A DNA stretch of 64,000 nt from Propionibacteriales bacterium (lineage in GTDB: Bacteria > Actinomycetota > Actinomycetes > Propionibacteriales > Nocardioidaceae). The stretch spans positions 2,503-66,502 of the forward strand of contig JAPLCC010000016.1 in assembly GCA_026392415.1 (NCBI GenBank), read 5' to 3'. A program made the translations under genes and the position numbers. Shown here in pieces: positions 8,843-18,840 of the stretch (position 1 is its first letter; each line of letters starts with the position of its first letter). Under the pieces are notes generated by a model. It was not told where the DNA came from. It saw nothing but the letters and a program-made list of their open reading frames with translations, and did no database searches.

Positions 8843-10474
8843 TCAGCCGGCAGATCCACGTCCGGTCGGAGGACCGGGTCCGTCGCCTTCCCGACGACGT
8901 GGAACGCGCCACCGGAGCGTGGTGCCCTGTCCGGGGGCCGACTCCACGGCGAGGACTCCCCCGCGCTGTTCGGCGCGGACCCGGATGTTGGCCAGGCCGC
9001 TCTCCGAGCCGGTGCCCGAGATGCCGCGGCCGTTGTCAGCCACCGTGAGCACCACGTCGTTGCCGCCGACATCGACGACCACGTCGATCGCCGTCGCGTT
9101 CGCGTGCCGGGTGGCGTTCGACAGTGCCTCGGCGAGGACTGCGAGCAGGTCAGGGGTCAGGTCGGCCGTCACCAGGGTCCGGACCGGCCCCTTGAACTCC
9201 AGCGAGGGCCGGAACGTCAACGTCGACGCAGCCCGATCGACCAGACGCGTCACCTCGGCCTGGACGTCTCCGACAGTGTCGAGCGAGCTGAGTCCGAAGA
9301 TCGCTCGCCGGATGTCCTTGATGGTGGCGTCGAGGTCGTCGACCGCCTGGTCCAGGCGGGCCGCGACCTCCGGGCGGTCGACGAGCCGGGTCGCGCCCTG
9401 CAGGCCCAGCCCGACGGCGAACAACCGCTGGATGACCAGGTCATGGAGATCCCGACCGATCCGGTCGCGATCCTCGAAGATCGCGAGCCGGCGCTGGTCC
9501 TCACGGGCCTCGGTCAGTTGGAGTGACAGGGCAGCCTGCTCGGCGTACGCCGTGACGAGCTGGTGGTCCAGGGCGTGGTAACGGTCCTCCTGCTGCCAGG
9601 ACCAGCCCAGCGACAAGGTGGCCTTCGACTCCGAGGAGGCATTGAGGGGCACGGCGAGCACGGGGCCCAGGTCCGGGGAGCCCTCTTGACCCGCGAGCAC
9701 CTCGAGGTCCTCGCCGACGATCCAGACCGCATCGGCACCCGAGATCTTGTGGGCACGTGCGGCCACGACCTCCAGGGGATCGGGGCAGGCCGGGTCCGAG
9801 ATCTGCGCCGCGACCTCGGCGGTGGCCCGGGCCCACGTCTCGCGGGTGGTGGTCTCCTCGTAGAGCCGCGCGTTCTCGATCGCCACACCGGCGGCGGCCG
9901 CGAGGGCGACCACGATCTCCTCGTCCTCGGCGGTGAAGTCTCCGTCACCGATCTTCTCCGTGAGGTAGAGGTTCCCGAAGATCCGGTCGCGGATCCGGAC
10001 CGGCACACCGAGGAACGAGCTCATCGGCGGGTGGTTCGCAGGGAAGCCGTACGACGCCGGGTGCTGGGCGATGTCGTGGAGACGCAGCGGCTCGGGTCGG
10101 TCGATGATCAGACCCAGCAGGCCGTGCCCGGTCGGCAGCTCGCCGATCTGCACCGCGAGCTCGTCGGAGATGCCGTGGTGGATGAAGGTGCGCAGTCGGC
10201 GCTGGTTGCCGGCGCTGAGGACGCCGAGCGCGGCGTACTGCGCCCCGGCCAGCCGGCTCGCGATGGCAACGATCCGCGAGAGGACGCCGTCCAGGCTCAG
10301 GTCGGCGGAGATCGCCACGACGGCGTCCAGCAGCAGCTGGAGCCGCGCCTGCTGGTCGATCGCACCGTGCATGCGGTCGAGCACGGCACGGACGAGATCC
10401 TCGAAGTCGACCTCGTCGAGGTCGGTCCGGTCAGGGAGCTCTCCCCGGCCCTCTTCGGTCTCATCCATCGACAC
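8843..10474 (-). CDS. DosS/DosT-like GAF sensor histidine kinase
   Basis: GAF-A with GFPANHPPMSSFLGVPV (heme-ligand His region of DosS, recalled). H-box RIGRDLHDLVIQRLFA, EALSNATRHA, DNGRG, G..GLANIRVRA. Confidence 0.92.
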   Translation of the reverse strand: MSMDETEEGRGELPDRTDLDEVDFEDLVRAVLDRMHGAIDQQARLQLLLDAVVAISADLSLDGVLSRIVAIASRLAGAQYAALGVLSAGNQRRLRTFIHHGISDELAVQIGELPTGHGLLGLIIDRPEPLRLHDIAQHPASYGFPANHPPMSSFLGVPVRIRDRIFGNLYLTEKIGDGDFTAEDEEIVVALAAAAGVAIENARLYEETTTRETWARATAEVAAQISDPACPDPLEVVAARAHKISGADAVWIVGEDLEVLAGQEGSPDLGPVLAVPLNASSESKATLSLGWSWQQEDRYHALDHQLVTAYAEQAALSLQLTEAREDQRRLAIFEDRDRIGRDLHDLVIQRLFAVGLGLQGATRLVDRPEVAARLDQAVDDLDATIKDIRRAIFGLSSLDTVGDVQAEVTRLVDRAASTLTFRPSLEFKGPVRTLVTADLTPDLLAVLAEALSNATRHANATAIDVVVDVGGNDVVLTVADNGRGISGTGSESGLANIRVRAEQRGGVLAVESAPGQGTTLRWRVPRRREGDGPGPPTGRGSAG

Positions 10475-10530
10475 TGCTCCCGTCCATGCTCCCCAGCCCT
10501 TGCACGCTAGCAGCGGGACAGCCCGCGAGG

Positions 10531-10566
10531 GGCCGAAAGACCCAGAGCACCGGGCCTGGTGACCCT
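10531..10566. promoter_or_regulatory. DosR-like tandem boxes in the divergent kinase / PNPOx promoter
   Basis: gggccgaaagaccc 10531-10544 and gggcctggtgaccc 10553-10566 (22-bp spacing). TAGCGT -10 on the minus strand at 10504-10509. Confidence 0.75.
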
Positions 10567-10620
10567 GCCGGCCCGGAGACGATGCGGCGAGGATCGGAGC
10601 ATTCCCAGGAGGTGGTCCCC

Positions 10621-11028
10621 ATGCCGATGTCCGACCTGAACCCCGGACGGCTGGTCGTTCTCAGCGAGAAGGAGTGCTGGGACCTGGTCCGCAGCCGACC
10701 CGTCGGCCGGATCGCCTGGTCCGGCACCGAGGGCGTGTCCGTGACTCCGGTGAACTACACCGTCGCGCACGGCGTGATCCTGGTCCGCACCACGCCGTAC
10801 TCCTTGCTGGCCCGCGACTGCCCCGAGCGGGAGGTCGCGTTCGAGGTCGATGACCTCGACGAGAACGTGCACGGCGGCTGGAGCGTCGTGCTCCATGGGC
10901 GGTGTCGGCGGGAGGAGCGGTCGTCCGAGGGCAACGCGACCTGGGTCACCGGCCCGCGGGTCCTCGGTCTGCGCATCGACGTCCGGTCGGTGTCCGGGAG
11001 GCGCGTGGAGCCCGCGCCCGGACACTGA
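10621..11028 (+). CDS. Pyridoxamine 5'-phosphate oxidase-like protein
   Basis: LSEKECWDLV...VGRIA...PVNY...FEVDDLD...GWSVVLHG. Preceded by a ggagg RBS. Confidence 0.88.
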   Translation: MPMSDLNPGRLVVLSEKECWDLVRSRPVGRIAWSGTEGVSVTPVNYTVAHGVILVRTTPYSLLARDCPEREVAFEVDDLDENVHGGWSVVLHGRCRREERSSEGNATWVTGPRVLGLRIDVRSVSGRRVEPAPGH

Positions 11029-11040
11029 CCGGCACCCGGA

Positions 11041-11709
11041 TCAGTCGGAGTTGGTGTTCTTCACGGCGTAGATGGCCGCCTGGGTGCGACTCGACATGCC
11101 GAGCTTGGCCAGCACGGACGAGACGTAGTTCTTCACCGTCTTCTCGGCGAGATGGATCTCGCGGGCGATCTGCCGGTTGGTCAGTCCCGCACCGATCAGG
11201 TCGAGGATCCGGCCCTCCTGCTCGGTCAGTGACTCGAGCTGCTTGTTGACCGGCGGACCGGACCGGATCCGCTCCAGCACCTGCGCCGTCACCGACGGGT
11301 CGAGGGTGGACTGACCGGCCGCGACCCGGCGCACGATGTCCAGCAGGTCGTTGCCGCGCACCTGCTTCAGGACGTAGCCCGCCGCGCCCGCCATGATCGC
11401 GGAGAACAGCGCGTCGTCATCGTCGTACGACGTCAGGATCAGGGCCGCGATGGACGGATCCAGGGACCGGACGTCGCGGCACACGTCGATGCCCGAACCG
11501 TCGGGCAGGCGGTTGTCGAGGATCGCCACGTCGGGTCGCAGCGCAGGAATCCGGCTGGTCGCCTCGACCGCGGAATCGGACTCGCCGACCACCACGATGT
11601 CGCCCTCGCTCTCCAGGAGTCCCCGGATGCCGCGCCGGATCATCTCGTGGTCGTCCAGGAGGTAGACGCGGATCTGCTGGGGCTCCGAAGTCGCTTCTTC
11701 ATCACTCAC
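11041..11709 (-). CDS. dosR: DosR/DevR-like NarL-family response regulator
   Basis: VYLLDDHEMIRRG, DVAILDNRLPDGSG, LTSYDDDDAL, LuxR HTH GLTNRQIA...LAEKTVKNYVSSVLAKLG. Start at 11709 or 11730. Confidence 0.9.
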   Translation of the reverse strand: MSDEEATSEPQQIRVYLLDDHEMIRRGIRGLLESEGDIVVVGESDSAVEATSRIPALRPDVAILDNRLPDGSGIDVCRDVRSLDPSIAALILTSYDDDDALFSAIMAGAAGYVLKQVRGNDLLDIVRRVAAGQSTLDPSVTAQVLERIRSGPPVNKQLESLTEQEGRILDLIGAGLTNRQIAREIHLAEKTVKNYVSSVLAKLGMSSRTQAAIYAVKNTNSD

Positions 11710-11746
11710 GTCCACCACGGTAGCCCCCATCGGGCGCTGTGGGCGG

Positions 11747-11784
11747 AGGACCGAACACCCCGAGGAGCGGAGGACCTTCGGCCC
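11747..11784. promoter_or_regulatory. DosR-like tandem boxes in the divergent dosR / acg promoter
   Basis: aggaccgaacaccc 11747-11760 and aggaccttcggccc 11771-11784. Confidence 0.75.
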
Positions 11785-11839
11785 TGCCGCGTGCGCCACG
11801 CACCGGGAATCGTGAGAAGTCCATCAGGAAGGACGCACC

Positions 11840-12835
11840 ATGCACCAGGAACGGACCAGGCGTGCCGAACACGCACCGGCCAGCGTGATCGAACGACTCG
11901 TCGCGCTCGCCAGCCTGGCCCCGAGCGTCCACAACACCCAGCCCTGGCTGTGGCAGTACGACGACGACCTGCTCACCCTCCACGCCGATCACCGACGCCG
12001 GCTGGTCTCCGAGGACCGGTGCGGCCGGAACCTGACGATCAGCTGCGGGGCCGCGCTCCACCACCTGCAGTTCGCTGCCGACGCGCTCGGCTGGGAGACG
12101 ACGGTCCGGCACCTCCCCGTGCCGACGGACCTGTCCGAGCTCGCCCACGTCGTGGTCGAGCGCCACCACTTGAATCCGGTCGATCCCGCCGACATCGACC
12201 TGCTCCGCGACCGGTGCACCGATCGGCGCCGGTTCACGGCGTGGCCGGTGCCCGGTGACCGCCTCGACGCCCTCTGCCGGGCCGCCACGCCGTGGGGCGT
12301 GGAGGCATGCGCAGTGACCGACACCGCGTCCCGATTCCGCCTGGAGCTCCTGGTCAACCAGGCCCTCACCTCCCTGGAATTCGACGAACGCAGCCAGTCC
12401 GAGCAGGCCCGGTGGATCGATCGCGGCAACGCGGAGGGCATCCCGCGCGAGCTGCTGCCGAACGAGTCCGACCCCTTGCGCGCACGCTCCCGGTTCCAAC
12501 CCGGGATGCTCGAGGACACCCGCCTGGCCCTGCAGGGCGGCGACCGGGTGATCGCGCTGGGCACCGCGACCGACGACGTCGGAGACTGGCTGCGCACGGG
12601 CGAAGCGCTGAGCGCAGCCTGGCTGGAAGCTGTTAGACAGGGCTTGTCGGTGGTGCCGCTGACCCTGCCGGTCGAGATCGACCGGGTGCGGGACGAGATC
12701 ACCCATGACGTCCTCGGCGGCACGTTCCGTCCGCACATCCTGTTGCGGGTGGGCTGGCAGGCGATGGGTCGTCGCGAGCTCCCCCGTACCCCGCGACGCC
12801 CGCTGCCCGACGTACTGCGTCGGCGCTCGGCGTAG
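11840..12835 (+). CDS. Acg-family FMN-binding nitroreductase-like protein
   Basis: LAPSVHNTQPW, ISCGAALHHL, RCTDRRRF, WLRTGEALS, LLRVGW, TPRRPL. Confidence 0.92.
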   Translation: MHQERTRRAEHAPASVIERLVALASLAPSVHNTQPWLWQYDDDLLTLHADHRRRLVSEDRCGRNLTISCGAALHHLQFAADALGWETTVRHLPVPTDLSELAHVVVERHHLNPVDPADIDLLRDRCTDRRRFTAWPVPGDRLDALCRAATPWGVEACAVTDTASRFRLELLVNQALTSLEFDERSQSEQARWIDRGNAEGIPRELLPNESDPLRARSRFQPGMLEDTRLALQGGDRVIALGTATDDVGDWLRTGEALSAAWLEAVRQGLSVVPLTLPVEIDRVRDEITHDVLGGTFRPHILLRVGWQAMGRRELPRTPRRPLPDVLRRRSA

Positions 12836-12836
12836 G

Positions 12837-12872
12837 GGGCCGAAGGTCCCCACCGCGCGGGGACTCCGGCCA
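12837..12872. promoter_or_regulatory. DosR-like tandem boxes upstream of cydA
   Basis: gggccgaaggtccc 12837-12850 and gggactccggccat 12859-12872 (22-bp spacing). TAGCGT -10 at 12896-12901. Confidence 0.78.
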
Positions 12873-12936
12873 TGTCCGCGGCCGACGCGGATTCCTAGCG
12901 TGGACATGTCAGCCCCACCTGCGCCAGGAGATCTCC

Positions 12937-14373
12937 GTGGACCCGACCGACATCGCCCGATGGCAGTTCGCCATCACGACCGTCTATCACTTCCTCTTCG
13001 TCCCGATCACCATCGGACTGTCGGCGATCATCGCCGGCTACGAGATCACCTGGCTGCGCACGGGCAACGAGCAGTGGCTGCGGCTGACGAAGTTCTTCGG
13101 GAAGCTGTTCCTGATCAACGTCGCGATCGGCATCGTCACGGGCATCGTCCAGGAGTTCCAGTTCGGGATGAACTGGAGCGACTACTCCCGCTTCGTCGGT
13201 GACGTCTTCGGAGCACCCCTCGCCATCGAGGGCCTGCTCGCGTTCTTCCTCGAGTCCACGTTCCTCGGACTGTGGATCTTCGGATGGGACCGGCTCTCGC
13301 CAAAGCTGCATGCCGCGTGCATGGTGCTCGTCCACGTCGGCACGCTCTTCTCGTCGTACTTCATCCTGGCGGCGAACTCGTGGATGCAGAATCCCGTCGG
13401 CTTCGCCTACAACCCCGACACCGGGCGCGCCGAGATGAACGACTTCGCGGCCGTGATGTTCAACAAGGTCCAGCTGGTGACCTTCCCCCACGTCGTGCTG
13501 TCGGCCTACATGACCGGCGCCGCGTTCGTCGTCGGGATCGCCCTGTGGCACCTTCGGCGCGCGACGACGGACGTCGACCGTGTGCTGTACCGGGCCGCCG
13601 TCCGGACCGGCGCGGGTGTCGTGCTCGTCGCCGCCCTCGGCGTCGCGATCAGCGGCGACTTCCAGGGCAAGATCATGACCGAGGTCCAGCCCATGAAGAT
13701 GGCGGCCGCCGAGGGCCTGTACGAGACCGAGGATCCCGCGGACTTCTCGCTCTTCCAGCTGGGCACCCTCGACGGCGAGGAGGAGACCTTCTCGATCAAG
13801 ATCCCCGGCCTGCTCTCCTACCTCGCCACCGGGGCACCGAGCGGCGAGGTGGAGGGGATCAACGACCTGCGCGAGCGCTACCGCGCCGAGTACGGCTCCG
13901 ACCCGGGCGCGGCGTACTACTCCCCCGGCGACTACACCCCCGTCATCCCGCTGACCTACTGGACCTTCCGGCTGATGATCGGACTCGGCGTCGCCGCCGC
14001 TGTCATCGCGATGTGGATCCTGTGGCTCACCCGGGCCGGCCGGACGCCGCAGGGCCGCGGGGTCCTCACGGCTGCCGTCGCCCTGCCCTTCCTGCCGCTG
14101 CTGGCCAACTCCTTCGGCTGGATCTTCACCGAGATGGGCCGTCAGCCGTGGGCCGTCTTCGGCCTGATGACGACCGAACACTCGGTCTCCCCGGGGCTGA
14201 GCACGGGCGAGGCCTGGACGTCGCTCATCGCCCTCACGGCCGTGTACGCCGTCCTGGCGGTCATCGAGGTCCGGCTGCTGCTCACCTGGATCGCCAAGGG
14301 CGCCGACCAGCTCCCGGTGCCCGACGATCCGGACCGCGCCGACGACGACCGTCCACTCGCGTTCGCCTACTGA
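12937..14373 (+). CDS. cydA: Cytochrome bd ubiquinol oxidase subunit I
   Basis: ARWQFAITTVYHFLFVP, QEFQFGMNWS, LAANSWMQNP, QPMKMAAAE, EMGRQPW. Confidence 0.98.
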   Translation: MDPTDIARWQFAITTVYHFLFVPITIGLSAIIAGYEITWLRTGNEQWLRLTKFFGKLFLINVAIGIVTGIVQEFQFGMNWSDYSRFVGDVFGAPLAIEGLLAFFLESTFLGLWIFGWDRLSPKLHAACMVLVHVGTLFSSYFILAANSWMQNPVGFAYNPDTGRAEMNDFAAVMFNKVQLVTFPHVVLSAYMTGAAFVVGIALWHLRRATTDVDRVLYRAAVRTGAGVVLVAALGVAISGDFQGKIMTEVQPMKMAAAEGLYETEDPADFSLFQLGTLDGEEETFSIKIPGLLSYLATGAPSGEVEGINDLRERYRAEYGSDPGAAYYSPGDYTPVIPLTYWTFRLMIGLGVAAAVIAMWILWLTRAGRTPQGRGVLTAAVALPFLPLLANSFGWIFTEMGRQPWAVFGLMTTEHSVSPGLSTGEAWTSLIALTAVYAVLAVIEVRLLLTWIAKGADQLPVPDDPDRADDDRPLAFAY

Positions 14374-14386
14374 CCGGGACATCACC

Positions 14387-15412
14387 ATGGAACTCACCAC
14401 TGTCTGGTTCATCCTGATCGCCGTCCTGTGGATCGGCTACTTCACTCTCGAGGGATTCGACTTCGGCGTCGGGATGCTGATGCCCGTCCTTGCCCGCAAC
14501 GACACCGAGCGCCGGGTCATGATCAACACGATCGGCCCGGTCTGGGACGGCAACGAGGTCTGGTTGCTCGTCGCGGGCGGTGCGACCTTCGCAGCGTTCC
14601 CGGAGTGGTACGCCACGCTCTTCAGCGGCTTCTACCTGCCGCTGCTGCTGATCCTGATCGCCCTGATCGTCCGCGGCCTGGCCTTCGAGTACCGCGCGAA
14701 GCGGGACGACGACCGGTGGCGCGCCCGCTGGGACCTGGCCATCGTCATCGGCTCGTTCGTCCCGGCCCTGCTGTGGGGTGTGGCGTTCGCGAACATCCTG
14801 CGGGGCGTCCCCATCGATGCCGACCTCGAGTACGTCGGCGGGTTCTTCAACCTGCTCAACCCGTACGCACTGCTGGGCGGACTGACCACGCTCGGTCTGT
14901 TCGTCACGCACGGCGCCCTGTTCATCGCGTTGAAGACAGACGGTGAGATCCGGCACCGGGCCCGTCACCTCGCCGTGCCGTGCGTGGCCGTCACCGCAGC
15001 GCTCGCGGTGGTCTTCCTGGCCTGGACCCAACAGCAGACCGGCACGGCCGGCTCCGCTGTCGCGTTCGTCGCCGCAGCTGTCGGCCTGGTCAGCGCCGGT
15101 CTCTTCGCCCGTGCCGGGCGGGAGGGACGGGCCTTCGCCGGCACGTTCCTCGCCATCGCGCTCGCGGTCGGCGGGCTCTTCCTGGCCCTGTTCCCGGACG
15201 TGATGCCGACGACCCTGGGCGACGGCACCGGCCTGACCACGACCAATGCCGCCGCGACGGCGTACACGCTCCGGATCATGACGGTGGTGGCCGTGCTCTT
15301 CACGCCGGTCGTGCTCCTCTACCAGGGATGGACCTACTGGGTCTTCCGCAAGCGGATCGCCGTCCACCACATCCCGACCACCGCGCCCGCGGCTGCCCCG
15401 ACCGGCCGATGA
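14387..15412 (+). CDS. cydB: Cytochrome bd ubiquinol oxidase subunit II
   Basis: LEGFDFGVG, IGPVWDGNEVWL, FAAFPEWYA, YQGWTYWVFRKRI. Confidence 0.98.
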   Translation: MELTTVWFILIAVLWIGYFTLEGFDFGVGMLMPVLARNDTERRVMINTIGPVWDGNEVWLLVAGGATFAAFPEWYATLFSGFYLPLLLILIALIVRGLAFEYRAKRDDDRWRARWDLAIVIGSFVPALLWGVAFANILRGVPIDADLEYVGGFFNLLNPYALLGGLTTLGLFVTHGALFIALKTDGEIRHRARHLAVPCVAVTAALAVVFLAWTQQQTGTAGSAVAFVAAAVGLVSAGLFARAGREGRAFAGTFLAIALAVGGLFLALFPDVMPTTLGDGTGLTTTNAAATAYTLRIMTVVAVLFTPVVLLYQGWTYWVFRKRIAVHHIPTTAPAAAPTGR

Positions 15413-18400
15413 AACCGTCCGACCCGCGGGTGCGTGAGTTCCTCGCCCCCGCGCGCACGAGCCTTGCGGGCGTCGTCGCGGGCGGTGTGCTGTCCGGTGC
15501 CCTCGTCATTGCCCAGGCCTGGGTGGTCACCGGACTCGTGATCGCCGTCCTCCACGGCGACGAGCTGCTGGGATGGGGGCTCGCCACCGTGGCGGTCCTG
15601 GCCCTGCGCGGCGTCGCCGGGACACTCGGCGACCTGTGCGCCGCTCGCGCCGCTTCCGTCGTCGGCACGATCCTGCGCCACCGACTGGTCCGGGCCGTGG
15701 TGGAACGTTCGTCCGGGTCTTTCGACGAGACGAGCGGCAACGAGGTGGCCGTCCTGGCGACGCGGGGAGTCGCCGCTGCCGAGCCCTACCTGACGCGCTA
15801 CGTCCCCGCGCTGGTCGTGGCGGCGGTGCTGCCTCCCCTGACGGTGGTGGTCATCGCCACCCAGGACCTGCTCAGCGCGTTCATCGTCGTGTGCACACTG
15901 CCTCTCGTACCCGTCTTCGGTGCGCTCGTCGGCCTCGCCACCCGCGACCGCGCGGAGGAGCAGTGGCGAGCGATGGCCTCACTGTCCGGCCACTTCCTCG
16001 ACGTCGTCCAGGGCCTGCCGACCCTGGTCGCCCATCGCCGGGCGCGCGCCCAGTCGGCGCGGATCGGCGAGATCACCGACCGCTACCGCGTGGCCTCGCT
16101 GCGCACGCTCCGGATCGCCTTCGCTTCCTCGGCCGTGCTCGAGCTGGTCGCCACACTGTCCGTCGCGCTGGTCGCGGTGACCGTCGGGGTGCGCCTTGCC
16201 TCGGGCTCGCTGGGCCTGCACACCGCGCTCGTCGTCCTGCTCCTGACGCCCGAGGCCTACTGGCCCCTGCGCCGCGTCGGTGCGGAGTTCCACGCCGCTG
16301 CCGAGGGCGCCGCCACCTTCACGGCTGCGCATCAACTGCTCGCCGGTCACGAGGTGCCGGCGATCGACCAAGCGGCGCCCGCCGGGGTCCCGCTCCTGCT
16401 CGACGGTGTCACCGTCACCTACCCGGGCCGCACCACACCGGCGGTGCAGGACGTCAGCGCCCTCATCCCCGCGCGCGGTGTCACCGCCCTGGTCGGACCG
16501 TCCGGCTGCGGGAAGTCCACCCTGCTGTCCGCGATGGCCGGCCTGCGACCGGTCACCTCCGGCGTCCTGGCGTCGGGCGGTCGGGCGATCGGGGGGCCGC
16601 TCTGGCAGGCCCAGGTCGCGTGGCTGCCCCAGCAGCCCCGGTTCATCACCGGCAGCATCGCCGACAACCTCCGCCTGGCCCGGCCGGACGCCAGCGACTC
16701 GGACCTGTGGGCAGCCCTGCGCGAGGTCGCCCTCGAGGTCCGGGTCGACGACCTCCCGGACGGACTCGCGACTCCGCTGGGCGAGGACGGACTGAGCCTG
16801 TCGGCCGGCGAGCGGGCCCGGTTGGCCCTCGCGCGCGTGGTGCTGGCCGACCGGCCGTGGGTGCTGCTGGACGAGCCGACCGCCCACCTCGACGACCTCA
16901 CCGAACAGGTCATCGCGGACACGATCGTCGAGCTGGGGCGACGCAGCAGCGTCATCGTGGTGGCGCACCGGCCCCGACTGGTCGACCTCGCCGACCGGCG
17001 GATCGTCCTTCCGGCGACGACCTCACCAGCACCGAAGGTGTCTCACGCGGAAAAGATCGTCGTCCGGCGCGCCTCGCCGTCGCACGCCGATGCCGTCCAG
17101 CCCGAGCCGGTCCGGACGCCGACGCACGACGGGCGCGCCTTCGCGGGCGCGGCGGTTCTCGGCGCACTCGCTTCGGCCTCCGGAGTCGCCCTCACCGCCA
17201 CCGCGGGATGGCTCATCGTGCAGGCCTCTTCCCGACCGGCCGTCCTGACGCTCCTGGTCGCGGTGGTCGGCGTCCGTGCCTTCGGGCTCGCGCGCCCGGT
17301 CCTGCGTTACGTCGAACGACTGCGCGCCCATGACGTCGCCCTGCGGCTGCTGGCCCGCCGGCGGGTCGAGGTTTACGACGCCCTGGTGCCGCTCGTGCCG
17401 GCGGGACTCGGGCGGCGACGCGGCGACCTGCTGAGCTCGATCGTCGACGACGTCGACAGCGTCGTCGATCGGCAGCTGCGGGTCCGCATGCCCCTGCTCC
17501 AGTTCGCCCTGGTCGCCGTTCTCACCACCGCCATCGCCTCGTTCCTGCACCCGGCGAGCGGACTCGTCGTCGGCTCCTTCGTCCTGCTCGCAGGTGCGGC
17601 CCACCTGCTCGCCCGGCACGGCGCGCGCCGTGCCGAACGGGACCTGGTCAGGCAGCGGGCGACGTTGTCGCGCCAGGTCGTCGAGGCGGTTCAGGTCGCG
17701 GACGAGCTCCTGATGTGGCAGCGCAGCCTCGACACGGCCGACCGGATCGCTGCGACCAGTGCCCGCATGGGGTCGGTCGCCACGGCCGCGGCAGGCTGGC
17801 TCACCACGGCGCGCGGGCTGGTGGTCGTGGGCAGTGGCGTGGCAGCGGCAGCCGTTGCGCTCGTGACCGCCGCGGACACGGCCGCCGGTCGGCTCTCCGG
17901 CCCGGTGATGGCGCTGCTCGTGCTGCTCCCGCTGGCCCTGGCCGACGTCGCCCTCCCCTGCGCCGACGCGGGCGTGCTCGCCGCCCGCACCGCTGCGGCC
18001 GACGAGCGCCTCCGCGCCCTCGAACAGGCACAGCCGGCCGTCGCCGACGTCCCGAGCCTGGCGTCCCCTGTCGGCAGCGACGTGACCCTGCGTGAGGTCC
18101 GTGCACGCTGGGACCTGCGCGCACCCCTCACCGCACCCGTGACGCTCGACCTGGCACCGGGTGACCGGATTGCCGTGGTCGGCCCTTCGGGGTCGGGCAA
18201 GAGCACCCTGGCCGCGGTCCTGCTGCGGTTCCTCGATCCGGCCCGCGGCGAGGCGCGCCTGGGCGGTGCCTCGCTGACCTCCGTCGCACCGGACGCCGTA
18301 CGACGTCGCGTGGGCCTGGTCGACGACCACCCCCATGTGTTCGCCACGACGCTCGTCGAGAACGTCCGCCTGGCTCGGCCAGGTGCCACGGACGCCGAGG

Positions 18401-18840
18401 TCGAGGTGGCGTTGCGACAGGCCTGCCTCGGCCCCTGGCTCGACACCTTGCCGGACGGCATCGAGACGTGGTTGGGCGCGGGCCATGCGGCCGTCTCCGG
18501 CGGTGAGCGGGCCCGGATCGGCATCGCGCGTTCGCTGCTGGCCGATCAACCCGTGCTGGTCCTCGACGAACCGACTGCGCACCTCGATCACGCGACCGCA
18601 ACGGCGCTGGCCACCGAGGTCCTCGCGGGTCACCGCAGCCGGACGGTGCTCTGGATCACTCATGCGAACGCGGGTCTGGAGCTCGTCGACCGCACGGTCA
18701 CGCTCACGTCCGCAGTCGCTCCGGGGGCCAAAGGTCCTGACGATTCGGGGGCCACGGCCCATGTTGCGCGAGGCACCTCCGAAGGAGGCTGGAGCCATGG
18801 AGACCACCCTGAACCCCAACACCATCGTCGTCGCGACTGA
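15409..18840 (+). CDS. cydDC: Fused CydD-CydC thiol reductant ABC exporter
   Basis: ATGA overlap with cydB. Two TMD-NBD halves in one frame: GPSGCGKST / LSAGERAR / LLDEPTAHLD and GPSGSGKST / SGGERAR / VLDEPTAHLD, plus RYVERLRAHD. Confidence 0.92.
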   Translation: MKPSDPRVREFLAPARTSLAGVVAGGVLSGALVIAQAWVVTGLVIAVLHGDELLGWGLATVAVLALRGVAGTLGDLCAARAASVVGTILRHRLVRAVVERSSGSFDETSGNEVAVLATRGVAAAEPYLTRYVPALVVAAVLPPLTVVVIATQDLLSAFIVVCTLPLVPVFGALVGLATRDRAEEQWRAMASLSGHFLDVVQGLPTLVAHRRARAQSARIGEITDRYRVASLRTLRIAFASSAVLELVATLSVALVAVTVGVRLASGSLGLHTALVVLLLTPEAYWPLRRVGAEFHAAAEGAATFTAAHQLLAGHEVPAIDQAAPAGVPLLLDGVTVTYPGRTTPAVQDVSALIPARGVTALVGPSGCGKSTLLSAMAGLRPVTSGVLASGGRAIGGPLWQAQVAWLPQQPRFITGSIADNLRLARPDASDSDLWAALREVALEVRVDDLPDGLATPLGEDGLSLSAGERARLALARVVLADRPWVLLDEPTAHLDDLTEQVIADTIVELGRRSSVIVVAHRPRLVDLADRRIVLPATTSPAPKVSHAEKIVVRRASPSHADAVQPEPVRTPTHDGRAFAGAAVLGALASASGVALTATAGWLIVQASSRPAVLTLLVAVVGVRAFGLARPVLRYVERLRAHDVALRLLARRRVEVYDALVPLVPAGLGRRRGDLLSSIVDDVDSVVDRQLRVRMPLLQFALVAVLTTAIASFLHPASGLVVGSFVLLAGAAHLLARHGARRAERDLVRQRATLSRQVVEAVQVADELLMWQRSLDTADRIAATSARMGSVATAAAGWLTTARGLVVVGSGVAAAAVALVTAADTAAGRLSGPVMALLVLLPLALADVALPCADAGVLAARTAAADERLRALEQAQPAVADVPSLASPVGSDVTLREVRARWDLRAPLTAPVTLDLAPGDRIAVVGPSGSGKSTLAAVLLRFLDPARGEARLGGASLTSVAPDAVRRRVGLVDDHPHVFATTLVENVRLARPGATDAEVEVALRQACLGPWLDTLPDGIETWLGAGHAAVSGGERARIGIARSLLADQPVLVLDEPTAHLDHATATALATEVLAGHRSRTVLWITHANAGLELVDRTVTLTSAVAPGAKGPDDSGATAHVARGTSEGGWSHGDHPEPQHHRRRD
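18725..18760. promoter_or_regulatory. DosR-like tandem boxes upstream of the USP operon (inside the cydDC tail)
   Basis: gggccaaaggtcct 18725-18738 and a weaker gggggccacggccc 18747-18760 (22-bp spacing). aggagg RBS follows. Confidence 0.7.

Noticed and set aside
15409-18840. cydD-cydC fusion as a novelty or frameshift artefact
   Set aside because: Both halves are intact in one frame, and fused CydDC is known in actinobacteria such as Streptomyces.
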